A stretch of DNA of 64,000 bases from Lama guanicoe (Eukaryota): contig MU054323.1 in the NCBI GenBank assembly GCA_013239625.1, positions 3,708,161 to 3,772,160 on the forward strand, in the 5' to 3' direction. The notes below the pieces were generated by a model. That model searched no databases. It was given only the letters and a program-made list of their open reading frames with translations, and had not been told where the DNA came from. The position numbers and the translations under genes were made by a program. This document shows positions 23,660-37,284 of the stretch, one piece after another; the stretch's first letter is position 1, and each line of letters begins with the position of its first letter.

Positions 23660-24618
23660 ATGAATCGGCAAACGAGACCGGCCAGAGCTTCCTGTTCGAC
23701 GTGTCCAGCCTTCCCGACACCGACGAGGTGATGGGCGCAGAGCTGCGCGTGCTGCGCCGCGAGTCTCCGGAGCCGGGTCCTGGCAGCTGGACTTCCCCGC
23801 TACTGCTACTGTCCACGTGCCCCGGCGCCGCCCGCGCGCCGCGCCTGCTGCACTCCCGAGCCGCCGAGCCCCTGGACAGCGCGCGCTGGGAGGTGTTCGA
23901 CGTGGTGGACGCCGTGCGGCGCCACCGCCGGGAGCCTCGCGCCACCCTCGCGTTCTGCCTCTTGCTGCGCGGAGTGGCGGGTCCGACGCGGGGCCCGCTC
24001 GCGCTGAGGCTGCTGGGCTTCGGCTCACGGGGCGGAGGCGGGGCGGCGGCGGAGGAGCGAGCACTGCTGGTCGTCTCCTCCCGAACGCACAGGAAGGAGA
24101 GCCTGTTCCGGGAGATCCGAGCCCAGGCCCGCGCGCTCGGGGCTGCGCTGGCAGCCGAGCCGCCGCCGGACCCGGGACCCAGCAGCAGGTCGCAGACGGC
24201 AGTAATCAGCGGCCGCAGGCGGCGGCGGACAGCGTTGGCCGGGGCGCGGGCGACGCAGGGCAGCGGCGGAGGCGCCGGCCGGGGCCACGGGCGCCGGGGC
24301 CGCAGCCGCTGTAGCCGCAAGCCGCTGCACGTGGACTTCAAGGAACTGGGCTGGGACGACTGGATCATCGCGCCGCTGGACTACGAGGCGTACCACTGCG
24401 AGGGCGTCTGCGACTTCCCGCTGCGCTCGCACCTTGAGCCCACCAACCACGCCATCATTCAGACGCTGCTCAACTCCATGGCGCCGGATGCGGCGCCGGC
24501 CTCCTGCTGCGTGCCCGCTCGCCTCAGCCCCATCAGCATCCTCTACATCGACGCCGCCAACAACGTGGTCTACAAGCAATACGAGGACATGGTGGTGGAG
24601 GCGTGCGGCTGCAGGTAG
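23660..24618 (+). CDS. GDF7: GDF7 exon 2: prodomain, furin site and mature TGF-beta-family domain
   Basis: Acceptor ttgtcccctgcAG at 23658-23659; RRRRR cleavage site at 24214-24228; Gly-rich mature N-terminus diagnostic of GDF7; seven-cysteine domain [54 protein letters not shown]...CCVP...[11 protein letters not shown] at 24616-24618. Confidence 0.98.
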
Positions 24619-27600
24619 CACTCGGGCCAGGCCGGGCCAGGCCGGGCCAGGGACCTGCGGGCAACCGCGCCATCAAGGACCTCCTACTGAAGAACAATTG
24701 CCAGCCAACCCTGTCACCTAGAGTGCGTGCGAGTCCGAGTCTGGATCGGCGCCCCCACAGAGGAGGGAGAGCGCACGTTCACACACCAACACTCACACCC
24801 ACACACTTGTCACTCTTGCACACGTTTCCAGTGGAAGCATCTGGAAGCCCTGGGAAGAGAGGACCTGACGCTACCGAATGTCACAGCCACATGTATTTTG
24901 CAAACAGATCACCATTGTGCCCACTGCCCCCTTTTGGAGAGAGGATGGTGTTTGCCTTGCTGTTCCAGTAACTCGCACTAATAGGGTAGAAACGGGTTAC
25001 GGAACTGGGGGCTTCAGAATGGGGGCACTAAGGGGATACTTAAGTAAGCTTAATCTCACCCCTTTTTGTTTCTGGCCAAATGTGGGGTATGGCAGGCACA
25101 GCTGCGGGACTGAGTTACACCTGGAATGGACAGAAGGGCTGTCACAAGTCCTTTCTGAAAGTCTGCGTTGCATCCGGGTCATTTATTGTGGGAAGGAACT
25201 GCTGCAAAAAGCCTTATCTTTTTTCCTTAACTTATAAAATCTAACATGCTCCCTTGATTTTGAAAGGGAACATTTGCTGGAAAGACTGCATCGCGGAGCT
25301 TCCCAGATCTCTGCAGAGGTCAGCACCACTTTTTTTTTTTTAAATTATTAGTTCCAACTGGGAATGATCTAGAGAATAGAAAAAAGTTTTTTTGGGGAGG
25401 AAAGTGAAACGGGGGAGAGGTTTTAAACTGCCAGGCTGATCTGATATGTCATTGGGGGTGGGGTGGTACCTGCCAGGTCCTGCAGCTCCTAAGCTGGAGG
25501 GAGGAAGTAGTAGTGCCTTGGGCTGTTCAGGAGGAAGCTAGTGTTATGTCAGGGAATGGGAATGGGATGGGGGGCACACTGTGGCTTTCCCTAGAGACCT
25601 GCCAGGTTTTCCTGAAGAGCTGGGAGGAGGCACTGACGTGTCCTGGGGTGGGCTCCTGCAGAGGACTGAGGTTTGCCAGGTAGGCACAGCCCCCTCCAAA
25701 TGGTGCCCTGGGAGTGGCCAACATGTGCTTACGCTTAGCTATCAAGTCTGTGTTGGCTTTTACACGCTTTCACTGTGTTGTTGCTGTAGTTTTTGGCAGT
25801 ACGATAGTAACGGGAAGTGAAGCCACACAAAAGTGCTTTTGTGAGATTTCAACTCCCCACAACCCAATGGTTCAGAGCCTAAAGAAGGTCGGCCCCTCCC
25901 CTCCTTGGTCCATGGAGGAGCATCTGCAACTTGGCCGCGGTGGCACCTGCAGAAGGGTGGGGTGTGGGGGCCAGAGGTGGAAACCTATCCCCTAGTCACT
26001 GTATTTTGCCCCAAGGAGTCTTGCTGATGGTCGGATTGTCTGCGTAAAAGGGAGGTCAAAGATGCCAACCTTCATTATTTTATGTGGTTCATTTCTGCCT
26101 GTGAGTCCGCTGTAGCCTGTGTAAATGCTTGGGAGGAGGAAGAGAAACAAGTTGGATTCTACCTGTCTGGGGATCCAAGGGCTGCTTTGAAAAACCCTGC
26201 AGCCCCCCCCCCCCAGTTACTCCCATTTGAGGCTGTGCCGGGCTTTCTCCTTTAGGGTCTCCGAGAGGCATTCATTCTGCCCTTCTTCTCTTGAATGCTG
26301 AGGTCCAGGATGACTTACACACATTTTAATTCTCAGTGATGACACTCTTAAGAGAGAGAGAGAGATCTGAAAGATTTAGATACAGCTAATTTATTTAAAG
26401 GTCCCACATGAGCTCTATTTATCCTTAAAAATTCCCTCAAAGGAGGATAAAACACACTTATAATGTGAATTTATATGCCATCGGCTATATGAGTAGCTAC
26501 ATATGACCAGAAAATGCAAACTTTCTCTTCAGGTTAAAATAAAAAAATTCCAAAGTGGCTGCCATGGCACACTTCCATCTAGTTTCAGAGGCTGGGCAAA
26601 GACGGTGCTGTTACACTTACGGATTTTGCCAGAGAAGCCTCACTCTCCTTTTCTAAACTATGATTTTAATAATGAGTGTGTAGTGGTTGCTCTGATACCT
26701 GTCATAATGATGTATTTTTAAAATGGCACGAAAGTATTAAAAGTTGTAGTGCTAGAAGTTTTAGAAAGAGAGCTGAAAAACTAGCTAAGTATTATTTTGG
26801 AGAAATTCTAGGATATTTAATATCTTTGGACAAAAGCAAACACTTTGATACTTTCTTAATGACTAGGAAAAAAAACAATTCTGGGAGAAGCACTGTCTTG
26901 ATTTAGCCTGAGGTTTTTATGGCAGAAAAAAATGTTCATTTTTTTTCCTGTTTCCTCCTGATGGCTGCTTCCACCAAGGTGTGTCGTGTTGTAGGAAGTA
27001 GGTATATCTCCCTGCATCTTGAGTCCAGGCCGCACCCCAGAGTGGGGGCTGTTGTCCTTGGTTAGTGACAGTTCCTTCGATGGCCCCTAATGCCCTCAAC
27101 ATGTTCTGTATCAAACAAAAAGAATGCCTCCTGGATTTCCTCTGGTGCTGCATGTAACTACCAGGGGCTACCGTGTCCCACTCCTACTCTGCTCAGCCCT
27201 CTGGCATCTCAGAGTTAAAAGTAGGTGAATGGAGAGGATGTGTTTCACTTTGTAAAGATGACAGTAAAAGGGCCACCACATGTGGAGGCAGGCAGGGTCT
27301 TGCTGCTGAGATGTGGATCGAGAAACTTTGTCAAGATGTGGAGAAATGATTTCTGCTTCCACAGTTGGTAGCGCCCTTTACTGTCTGTCTTTCTTCTAGG
27401 CAGTGGGGAGCAAGGCCGAATCATCCAGCTGGACTCTCCAGTCCCCACGGGTGGGAGAGCTGGTGGCTGCTATTAGGGATAGAGTGTCAGGACTGTGAGA
27501 GAAGGTAGCCCCCCCCCTACCTGGGGTCACCAAAGTATTTCTCTTTAAAGTAAGTTGAATTTTCCATTTTGTTGGGGAGGAATCATGCAGTACGGTTGAG

Positions 27601-30600
27601 CTCATTCAAACCACTGTTTCTGCTAGAAAAAGGAGGGTTTGGCATCCCTCCTTGGGGAGCACAAGCCAGGCCAGCTGGGGCCCGAGAATAGTCGGTGCCG
27701 GGTCTGCAGGCACACAGTCTGGTCGCTGCTGCTTGAAGCCAGACTTTCGTATTAAGGGAGACCCCCACACTGGCAGGTGGCCATGCCCACCCATGCCCCA
27801 GTGCTTGCCTGGTTGGATTCTGGCTTTCCAAGCAGTGGCAGTGGGTCTTCGGGAGGAGGGGCAGGCTTTGTCAGCTTAGCTTCGAGAAAGCAGTATTGAG
27901 CTGTGCCATTCATCGTGTACATGCTTCCCTGCGCCCTTCTGTCCTGGCATTTTATTGCTGAAGTGGCACAGATGGGAGGGAGAAGAGGGGTGGATTGTGT
28001 GGTTGGCCAGTCACCCATCAAACCCAGTGCATGACTTCTCCCCGACAGCTCGTGGGGGTGTCAGCGGGAACGGAAACCCACCACCAGTGCTCAGGAGAAT
28101 ACTGACCACCCTGTGGATGTAATCGGAGTGTAATTCAAATCCTGCAAGTCATTTATTCTGTTGGCAATTTCATTCAAACTCAAAGCAGAAAATAACTAGG
28201 GACTGTAGTCTAATCTTCTTCTTAAAGCTGGGAGAAAAGTTGAATGCTTTCCAAGTGCAGCTTGTGCACAGAAAAATCAGACTCTTCCCTTGCTTGAATG
28301 TGGTCTCAGGAAAAAGAGGAAGAGAAAGCACAACAGCCATCTCTGGGCCACAGACACCATCGGGGGGCCTTGCTGAAGCTCCTGCAGGCCCGGAAAGCAG
28401 GGCCCACTCATTGGGCCATGGGCCGGGGGGCCTCCTGTGGTCTCCAGGTGGGCTGGGAGGCTCTGGAAAGCAGCAGTCTGTCAGAGGGGGCTGAGAGTTG
28501 GCCGTGTCCTCTCAGAGAGGGTCTGGATTGGGGAAGCAGTGTCAGCAGCAGAGCAAACCCAGCAAACAGCAGCAGTTAGAGGATGCTGAGAGTGCGAAGT
28601 AGCTAGATCCCTTCGAGGGGTGTACGTGGCGCTGGGGCCCGAGCCCACCGTGGGCTTCTTGTGCCCAGGAGTGACCAGCCCCACACAGCACGGCCCGCCT
28701 GCAGGAAGGCCGCTCCCCAAGGCATTTCCTGCGAAGTCTAGCTTCAGAAGAGTCTAGAAGTCCTGGGCATCACCTCTCTGCTCAGAGCTTCAACTTCTGC
28801 GTCTGTAAAATGAGGAGCTCTCCAGTCCTCTGGTTCTGGGATTCTCCTTTGTCCAAAAAGCCCATTCACATCATTCAAAGGCAGAGCACATGTGACTTCC
28901 TGGAAAAGTTTCCCTCCGACTCAGTCCCAGAGCCACTCTAAGCAAATGCTGCAGATCTAGTTTCTGTGTGTGTGTGTGTGTTCATTAGACTGTTAGCCTC
29001 CATTGGTACTTCCTGGATGTCGCTTTGATTTCCTCCTGGAGCAAGGCAGGTGCAGGGGAGGCAAGGATCTCGGGTGTAGGGCTCAGCTCACCAAAGCCAT
29101 GACCTTTCTCAGCTTGTGTCCCAGCTGAGGGCTCTGCCAGCCCAGCTGGAGGTGACACGGGGCTGGGGAGAGCCACACTCGGGCTGAGGCTGTTCTGTGG
29201 CCCAGTCCTGGGAAGGCTCCCATGCTGCTAGTGCCTTTGTGGGAGCAGAGGAAAGGAAAGGCCGTGCCTGGTTGGCAGCCCAGTCAGGGACCCGGGGCTG
29301 TCCCAGAGTCCTTAGATGGAGCAAGCAAGCCTGTCTAAGGGTGAGCTGCTCTGCCAGGTCCCACCCGCCCCTTAGCCCCCTCACTGCTGTGCCCATGTCT
29401 GGCCCAGCTTGCCAGGGAGCGAGCCAGGAGCAGGCACCAGGAGAGCTTCTCTTCCTCTTCTCTTTTAGGCCCTGGAAAATGGTGGCAGAGCTTAACACTC
29501 AGAAACACTAGAAGGGAGGAGTCAAAAAGACATTATTTCTGGTTTTCCAGTCAGCACGGCCTTTTGTACCTGGAGCAGCCTTCTTCCCCGCTTTGTGCTG
29601 CTCTGGACTTTAATCTGCACCCAGAGCTTAAAACTGCACGAACAGTTATCTTTCAATGAGGATCCAGGCGAGAGAAGCCTGTTCTTCCCAGGATGGCCAC
29701 ACTCAGTCTGTGGAGAGCCACCTGCGTGGACGTGGTTGTGGGGAGAGGGTTGGAAGTCGGCCTAGTCAATCAGTGGGGGTGGTGGAGGACTTGACCTTGG
29801 CCACGTGAGCTCTGGTCACTCATTCACGGCTGCTCTTCTGCTAGTTTAAGGCAGTGCAAAACCTCTTACGCTTCTTTCTAAGTCCACCATGGAATGTGAA
29901 ATCCATCATCTAGGAAAACAAGCAAAAGCTTGCAGTGGGTCAGTCAGTCCCAGGCACCTTCAGGCCTGGCGGCGCAGACCTCCTGGACACGGACAGCTCT
30001 TTCACTTTTGTATTTCTTTTTCACAATTTTTTAAAGATGTAGGCAAACACGAGTGTGGTGGTATGGTGGCCAGAGGTCTGGCCAGGCAGGTGGCGGGCCA
30101 GTGGCTGTCTTCTTTGCAGCCACTTCATTTCATCTCTGTGCTGTTGCATCTGACCAGCAGTTACTGCATCGGGAGGTGGCGGGGCTGAGGCTCCTGTTCT
30201 CAGCCTAGACCCTGCTCAGATGCTTGGCTGCCAGCATCTAGAACCTCAGCGGAGCCTTCTAGGGCTGAGGTGTGCTCGGGCTGACAAAGACAAGACTCCC
30301 ACCCTGTCAGGCTTATTCACAGGAGTCCTGCTCACACACCCATCTGAAGCACACAGGCTGCACTTCCCATGAGGATGCTCCCTGGGCTGCAGGGTGGGGA
30401 GGGGTGGACTCCTTCTGGTGGTTCAGTGCAGCTGCCCACTGCTTGTACGTCCTCTTTCCGATGAGCCTGGCTTCTCTCAGACCTCTCACCCGTGAGCGGC
30501 CCTAGCCTGGATTTTTCAGTGAGGTGCGTGATTCTGAAAAGCAGTGACAAGGCATGTTGAAGGCCTTTCCTTGTCTGCCTGTTTATTTCTGAGTGACTGA

Positions 30601-31905
30601 CAGCTGCTAAGGGCAGAAAGATACATGTGTCCTGGTGGCTTGGGGCTGCAGTAAGTTGGCTTGAGGAAGGAGTGCACCCACAAGCAGAGCGTATTCCTTT
30701 GCAACTTGTATTTCCGGATCAGGACCTGTCAGAGTCAAAGCCAAGTCAGCCGTTCAGCATTCTGTTTAGAAAGTGATGATATGGTTCAGGGAGAAAGCAA
30801 GCTCGTGATAAAACGCGTTTTCTGGCTGGGAGTCCCAAGTCCCAAGCCAGAAACAGAGGCTCTGCAAAGGGGAACTTCTCTGTCCTTCTCCACCGGGACC
30901 CATCATGGATTGAACACGAGCATCCTTAGAGTAATTGTTTTGTTTTCCTTTGCTTTGTTTTTGGTATTTCACTTTATACTGTAGCGCGGACAACTTTTAT
31001 GTTTTTTAAGACAAAGAATCATAATGAGTCACTTTAGGTCTTTTAGCTACAAGTATTTCACCCCAAATGAAAAGTTAATGATTTTTTTTAACAAGGATTT
31101 TTAATGATTTTGTACTTGTCCTTCAGCAGATGACAAGAGGGGATTCTGAAAAGTTTTGGGGGAATTTTTTTTTTTAATATATAAAGAAGCAACTCTTCTC
31201 ACTGTGAAGGTTTCTGCAGAACTCCCGTACCAGCTTGAAGTGCAGTGCTGTTTGAGTTGGCCCTGGGTGGGCAGCAGCATCTGACACAAGGGGGACCCTG
31301 CCCCTTAACATACACACGCACTCCAGCTCCAGGGCTGTGATGTTAAGGAAATGGGCCGTCACAGCTCAATAACACAGCATCCCCTCAGCAGCTAAATACA
31401 CAGTTAGTTGTTTGAGGGGACGGATAGAAGGCCCTTTCATTTTGCAGTGACACTCAGTTTCTCAGCTTGGCTTGAGAGCAAGATGTGAAAGAGGGTGAGG
31501 TTTTTAAACCCATTTAACACAAGCTGGATTCTCCTTTGTCACCTGTCTTCCAGCTCTGGTTCGGCCAGAGCAGAACGCTGAGGCTCGAGGACTGGAGATC
31601 GGGCCTTCTCCCCACTGCCCAGCTTGGCCATTTGCGCCGTAGGAGCTGACGTCGTGAGCGCTGCCCCCGAGCCCAGGCCGGCTGGCGGGGAACTCAAGGG
31701 CAGGTACAAATCCACTGTGTATATGTATTCTCAAATTTAAATAGATTGTACATATTGAAATGTAAATGAACTGTAAAACAGCAATCTCTATTTTTCTTGA
31801 CAATTACATAGCAGTATATATTTGTTAAACACACTTGTGTACGCTTCATTAACCATTTAAATATTTTGTACAGATAAGTTGATTAAATATTTTATTGATA
31901 ACACT
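24619..31905 (+). other. GDF7: Probable long GDF7 3' UTR
   Basis: Nearly free of recognisable interspersed repeats; ends in an AU-rich block with UGUA motifs and ATTAAA. A multi-kb GDF7 3' UTR is known in human. The exact end is inferred. Confidence 0.55.
31882..31887 (+). terminator. Candidate distal GDF7 polyadenylation signal (ATTAAA)
   Basis: ATTAAA at the end of a ~190 nt AU-rich block with several TGTA motifs; CA dinucleotide ~15 nt downstream, then T/GT-richer sequence. Confidence 0.55.
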
Positions 31906-34900
31906 GCCCCTGACTGGTCTTTAGAGGGCTGCTTTTTGACTTGCTATCTGGCATTCCCGGGTTAGTCTACTCCTGCTCCTGAACACAACAGTGTGTTGAG
32001 GCCTCAGGAGTGACTACATTGAAACAGGAGGCGCTGGGCCCAGGAGTCTTGATGCTGACCGCTCCTCCCCCTCGAAACACCTCGGGCGCTAACGTGGAGT
32101 CGTCCGGGAGGATGGGGGCCCCAGGCGTGAGGCTGCTGCTCCCTCGGTCTATGTGACTGGTGTGACACTGCATAGGACATAGTCTGCAGCCCCACACCGT
32201 GCGAAGCCACTGCACAGCTACAAGAATCAAGCTTGGGCTGCGGGGAAGGGGTCAAATGCAGTGGAAAACGCATCCTCTTCAGAAAACAAGCGCTGGTGTT
32301 TGTAATGAGGGATGGTTGTCGTTCCAAACACAGTGTGAGTGGAAAGGTGCTCTGTTTCCGGATGTCTCAGGCTGCTGGAGGATCCATCTCACTGCAGAAT
32401 GCATGGGTTCTCCCTCTCCGGAGGCTGCATGGTTGTGTCTCTGAATTCCAAAGGCATACCCCTAACTGCTGCAGCTCCCTCTGCAAGGTCCATTCCGTAT
32501 TTTAGGGAAACCAACAAAGTTCTACAGCAGATTTGACAGGGCACTTTGTACTTTTCTCGGCAAGTACAATGATCTGTGCTCAGTGACACCATCTGGGCTC
32601 CTTCGGCATCTCTCTTAGACTGGGCAGGAAAGGACTGACCACCGGCCTTCTCCTGCTGACCCAGCTCTCACACCTGACTTTTTCCTATAGAAGGAGGAGA
32701 AAACTGTTTCGCCTGTTACTGAGGATTTCTGGGAGAGGGTTAGCAATGGAGCAGCAGTTGTCGAAAGATGACAAGGACTTGCCCTCACTAATGAGTTGTC
32801 CCCAGGATTACCTCCTTTGGGATATGGATCAGGCCAGGGTGACCCACCTTTTCACAGAGCGATGGCAGCACATGGCCACTGTAATCATGTCCCTGAGGTC
32901 TTGTGTCTTCTTCTGGTGAAAAGGAAATCAAGAAATTCTGCTCCCGTTTTGCTTCTCACTTTCATTACTTCTAAAGGAATCTCTTTGGAAGAAAAATATG
33001 TTCACCTTTCAACTAACTCGATCGGTACGTAGTCGTAAATGCATGAGGTCTCAGACCCTGCCATCGAGAGGTTAAGCAAAGCATTGCTTTGCTTCTAACA
33101 ATCCTTGGTCAGGGTTTGTTTTCTTATTTTTCACTCTCCACTTGACCTACCCCAGCATTCTGTGGTTAGGGGATCACACTTTCAGTTGAGAAGGGATATT
33201 TACAGGGAGAAAAGAAAATCGGCAGCATTTAATATTTTATCTTATTTCCCAAATGCTGATGAAAGATGGTCTAAAGGCCCTGCAATGACTGATGCTAGAA
33301 GGAGGTGCAGATTGAGTTCTCCGCTCCCCCAGCCTTGGTATGCCCTGGAATGCCCGCTGCCTGCTCATGTCCAGGCAGGTTGAGGCAGATGCCTCCAACT
33401 GCTGCCCTGCTGAGGGTGGAGCTGTCTAGCTTGGTTTTGGATGCCTTGTGTTCCTGTGCCCCCGGGAAGCGTACACTTCTCTGCTCAGAAGGAACAGTGA
33501 TCTGGGGAGAAACTCGTCTGTTATGACGTGTCACCAGCGTGCAGCCACCGACCTTGAGGCTGGGGTGTCGGCTGAGGCCTAATCACATGCAGGTGTGCGG
33601 CCCTCCAGCCGAGCCAGTGGGGGTGGGGGTGGCCCAGATGTTCTGCGGAGCCCAAGCAGGGTGGATTTGCAGGGGCGGGATCTTGGTCCCTCTGTGAGGG
33701 AGGGAGGCCCTGCAGGTGCACCCGCATCCCTGGCTGTCATGGACACTCAGTCACAGGGTCACATTCCCGCCCCAGGGAAGAGGAATTTTCCCAGAGACTT
33801 ACCCAGCAAGGAAGTCTGTCCCAGTGTGGGGAGGTCAGCCCAGGCCCCTCTGCCAGAATGTCTGAGGAATGCAATACAAAATGAAAAGGCTCTGCTGTCC
33901 CAGAGCGGGGTCTCTTGTATTGTTGCTGTAATTCCCACTTGGGGTGCCACATGGGGTTAGCGCTCAACAAATGATAACCACATATTTGGGAGTTATTAAT
34001 ACCCAAACTCCAGAGGTTTTCTAATCATAGGAGAATGGAAGTAACAGTTGCAGCCGGACGGGACAGGAAGAATGGGCCATGGTGTGCAGTGGCTTTGCTA
34101 GCATCAGAAAGTGAACAGTCGACGTCCCAGAATCTCTCTGACCCAGCTGTGCACAGAGCGGTGGGGGAAATGCTTAAAGGATAAAAGAGCAAGTGTCACA
34201 CTGCCATTTGCATATGCAGTTTTGAGGGACAAGGAGACCCAGTGATGTGATGCCCTGGGAGTCTGATGAATTGAGGGAATTCTGTTTCTTGAGAGTGTGC
34301 TATTAGGTATGGCAGCAACTTTGATTAATTTAGATAAAACATTTATTGAATATTCTATGTGACGGGCCCTATCCCCTGAGAATACAGAGATGACTAAGAT
34401 ACAAGTCCCATCTCTTAGGACTCTCCTTTTAAGGGCAGGAAGGAGTGTTGATGGTGGAGTGGGAGGATAAAAATATAATTCCTGCAGTAATGATGAGTAC
34501 TTCTATAGAGACACGGCCAGGGGACTGTCTCTATTGGCTCAGAGGGAGGAGGAGAGAGAGGAGGCACTGCTCTGGGAGGCAGAAGCAGCTGGTATTTTGG
34601 GCCAAGCCTCCAGGGGGTGGGGTAGAGGCACGGGCACTCTCACAGCCAGAGCAGTCAATCCCAAAGGTTCTGGGGAGCCACCAGAAGTGAGTGCATCAGA
34701 AGCACCAGCTGGCCGTGGCAGAGCTGCAGAGAGATCAGAACATGGGACTCAGCCTCAGCTCTGACCCCCATATGCTGGCTTTCCTCCCGCCATCCACTGT
34801 CTGATGTCCCCATGCCCCCCCGAAACCTGTTTCATTCTTTAAGACTACTCTGTTGTTACCAATATCTACTTTGAACTTCCCCTAACAGCCCGGCCCTCGG

Positions 34901-36119
34901 GTGCCCTTCCCAAAACTCCCTTCCCCAACCTTCCGCTCTTGCTAGGCTGCCCACTGTTGCCTCCAGGAGGCAGCATGATGCCATGGAAAGGAACAGGTGA
35001 AGCCATGGCTCTGGAGCAGAGGCCTGCACTTGAACCCCAGCCGTCACTCAGTAGCTGTGAGGTCTGGAGCAAGGACCCCCTTGGCAGCTTCGTGGTAATC
35101 TGTCAAATGGCACCCCAGTTCTACCCATCTTTTGGCACCAGGTGCAGCCTCCTGCTCCTCTCCCTCCAGGAGTTTTCTCTTTACAGAACTATGGCAACCC
35201 GGAGCCTTCTCCAGCCCTCACCCGTTTTGCTCTGGGGCTGCCTGCAGTCAGTGGAAGAGGACAGACCATGTCCCACACTGGCTCCCCACCTGGGCCAATG
35301 TGATCACTCACCTACGCCTCCAGGAGGCAGAGGCAGGAATCTTAGCCCCTTGGAAAGGGAAATCTCTTCTGTCCTCAGCACTACCACAGGAGAGCTTCAG
35401 CCTCAAGGCCTCAGAGATCCAGCTGTTCACAGAGCATGCTTAGCCCCAGGCACTGCTTGCTCCTTCAGCCCACCCCGAGGGAAGGAGCAGTCCAAGCATG
35501 TCCCTGTTTCTCTGGCAAGAGAAGCCCAGCAACAAAGATGATGTCTTGTGCTGCTTAAGAAATGCTTGGCTTCCTACACCTTTTCTAAGTGACTGTAAGC
35601 TCCTTGAGGAGATGTTTGGGTATCTTGGGCTTTGTGAGAGGCCTGCACGGCCTGGGGTCAGATAGCTGCATCAGGTGAGCAAGTGTTCCCCTCCTTCACC
35701 AATATGACCCAGAAACGCTAAGACTGCAAGAATCGTTTCAGGCTGGGTGAAACAACACACAACCTGGGATATCAAGGGTTCCTCCACTGCACCAGAGAGA
35801 AGAGATAGGCATCATTTAATGGAGCATCTACCATAAGCCAGACAGGGTGCTAAATGCTATATGCAAGACCTCATTTGACCCCATTAAAGACAATAAGAAA
35901 CCCTCCCAAAGTCTAAAAGCTAAAGAAAGTACTTTCATGGAGGAAGGCCAGCAGGGGACTGGAGGAGTGGGCTCGGGGGAGGGGTAAGCCTCTATAACAC
36001 CACAAACCTAATAAATGAAAGATCCAGGATTTGAACTCTGGTCTTCATTTACTTCCTAGATGAAGTAATTCACTTTCTGGAAGAGAAGCAATAAGAGACA
36101 GATGCAGAAAGAGAGAGCA

Positions 36120-36470
36120 TTTTTTTTTAATATTTATCTTTAAAAATTCCAAAATCATCTCAAACTTAGAAAAAAGTTACAAGTACAAAGAAGATTTTTT
36201 TCCCTCTGAACCATTTGTAAGTAAATTGACATAATGCCTCACGGTTCCCAAACATTTCAGTGTGTCTTCAGCACAAATGAGGACATTCTCCTATACACCC
36301 ACAATACAACCATGGGAACCAGAAAATTAACATTGATCTCTTACTCCCAGTTAATCTTTAGATCCCACTCAATGATGTTTTGTAAATTGTCTCAACAATA
36401 TTTTTTTCAGTAACAGAAACATCTAATCCAGGATCAGGTGTTGCATTAAGTTGTCATGTCTCCTCCAGTA
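36120..36470 (-). mobile_element. Old L1 (L1MC/ME-type) 3' fragment
   Basis: tctcaaacttagaaaaaagttacaagtac...ggacattctcctatacacccacaatac...atccaggatcaggtgttgcattaagttgtcatgtctc. Confidence 0.6.
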
Positions 36471-36849
36471 GGAATTAAATTTAATTTTAATATAAGGTAG
36501 GATGAAAAAAAATCAAGACTTGGAGATCACTGGCTCCCCAAGGGTTGAGTGAAGAGGCCACTAGTGAGACAGCCGCTGCCTTGAACATCTGGCCATGAGA
36601 GCCACAGGGGCTGCCTCTGGAGATTCTCCCCCACGGCCCAGAGCAGACTGGGAGCAAACATGGGTACCAGTCATGATTCCTGCACTAGATAAGCCCAGGA
36701 GAAGTTATTAGATGTTTGACAAGGACCAAGATGTTTGGCTGCCTGGGAGATACAGGCAGAAATGCTTCTGGAAAATGGATTTCATCCACCGCTTACCAAA
36801 TAGTCCTTAGTTTATTTTTTATTATGATGATTTTCATAATACCAATTAT

Positions 36850-37050
36850 TAATATAGCCAATCTTTATTGAGAAGATACTCTTGGTCAGGCATTGTGCTC
36901 AATAAATGCTTTCATTTTATCACCCCATTGACTTCTTCCAACAATATGGTGTATGTATTATTACCATTAACTCTATCTTATAATTGAGGACACTGAGGCA
37001 TGGAGAAATTAGGTGAGGTTGTCTAAAACACAGACGGTAAGGCCTCCAGA
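36850..37050. mobile_element. MIR SINE
   Basis: ctttattgag...caggcattgtgctc...tattattaccattaactctatcttataattgaggacactgaggcatggaga. Confidence 0.55.
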
Positions 37051-37284
37051 GTCCACATACCTTATTACCTCATACATATACATGGAAACATTTTTAATTC
37101 CTAATGAAGTAAAATGAACTTCGTCTCCTAAAATCTGATTCTTCCTTCTCTAAAAGAAGCATTTTCAATTTAACAGAGAGACTCTGACCTGAGTCTAACT
37201 CAGGAGAATGGACCTCTCCTCCCTGCAACATACAGAGATTAGGCCAGGCAAGGTGACAAAGTACAGATAAAACACTTATTTCAA

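Noticed and set aside
23538..24621. Long antisense ORFs (276, 147, 198 aa) over GDF7 exon 2
   Set aside because: Shadow ORFs of a very GC-rich coding exon; low-complexity R/A/P/S products with no recognisable domain.
24623..24651. (CGGGCCAGGC)x~3 just after the GDF7 stop
   Set aside because: Short GC-rich tandem repeat with no evidence of function.
33018..33040. Four CpGs and a GTCGTAAA posterior-Hox-like motif in AT-richer sequence
   Set aside because: Single short motif; cannot be distinguished from chance without conservation data.
34939..35541. 200-aa plus-strand ORF between GDF7 and LDAH
   Set aside because: No recognisable domain or exon structure; consistent with chance in GC-rich DNA. 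A tblastn or PhyloCSF signal would be needed to revive it.
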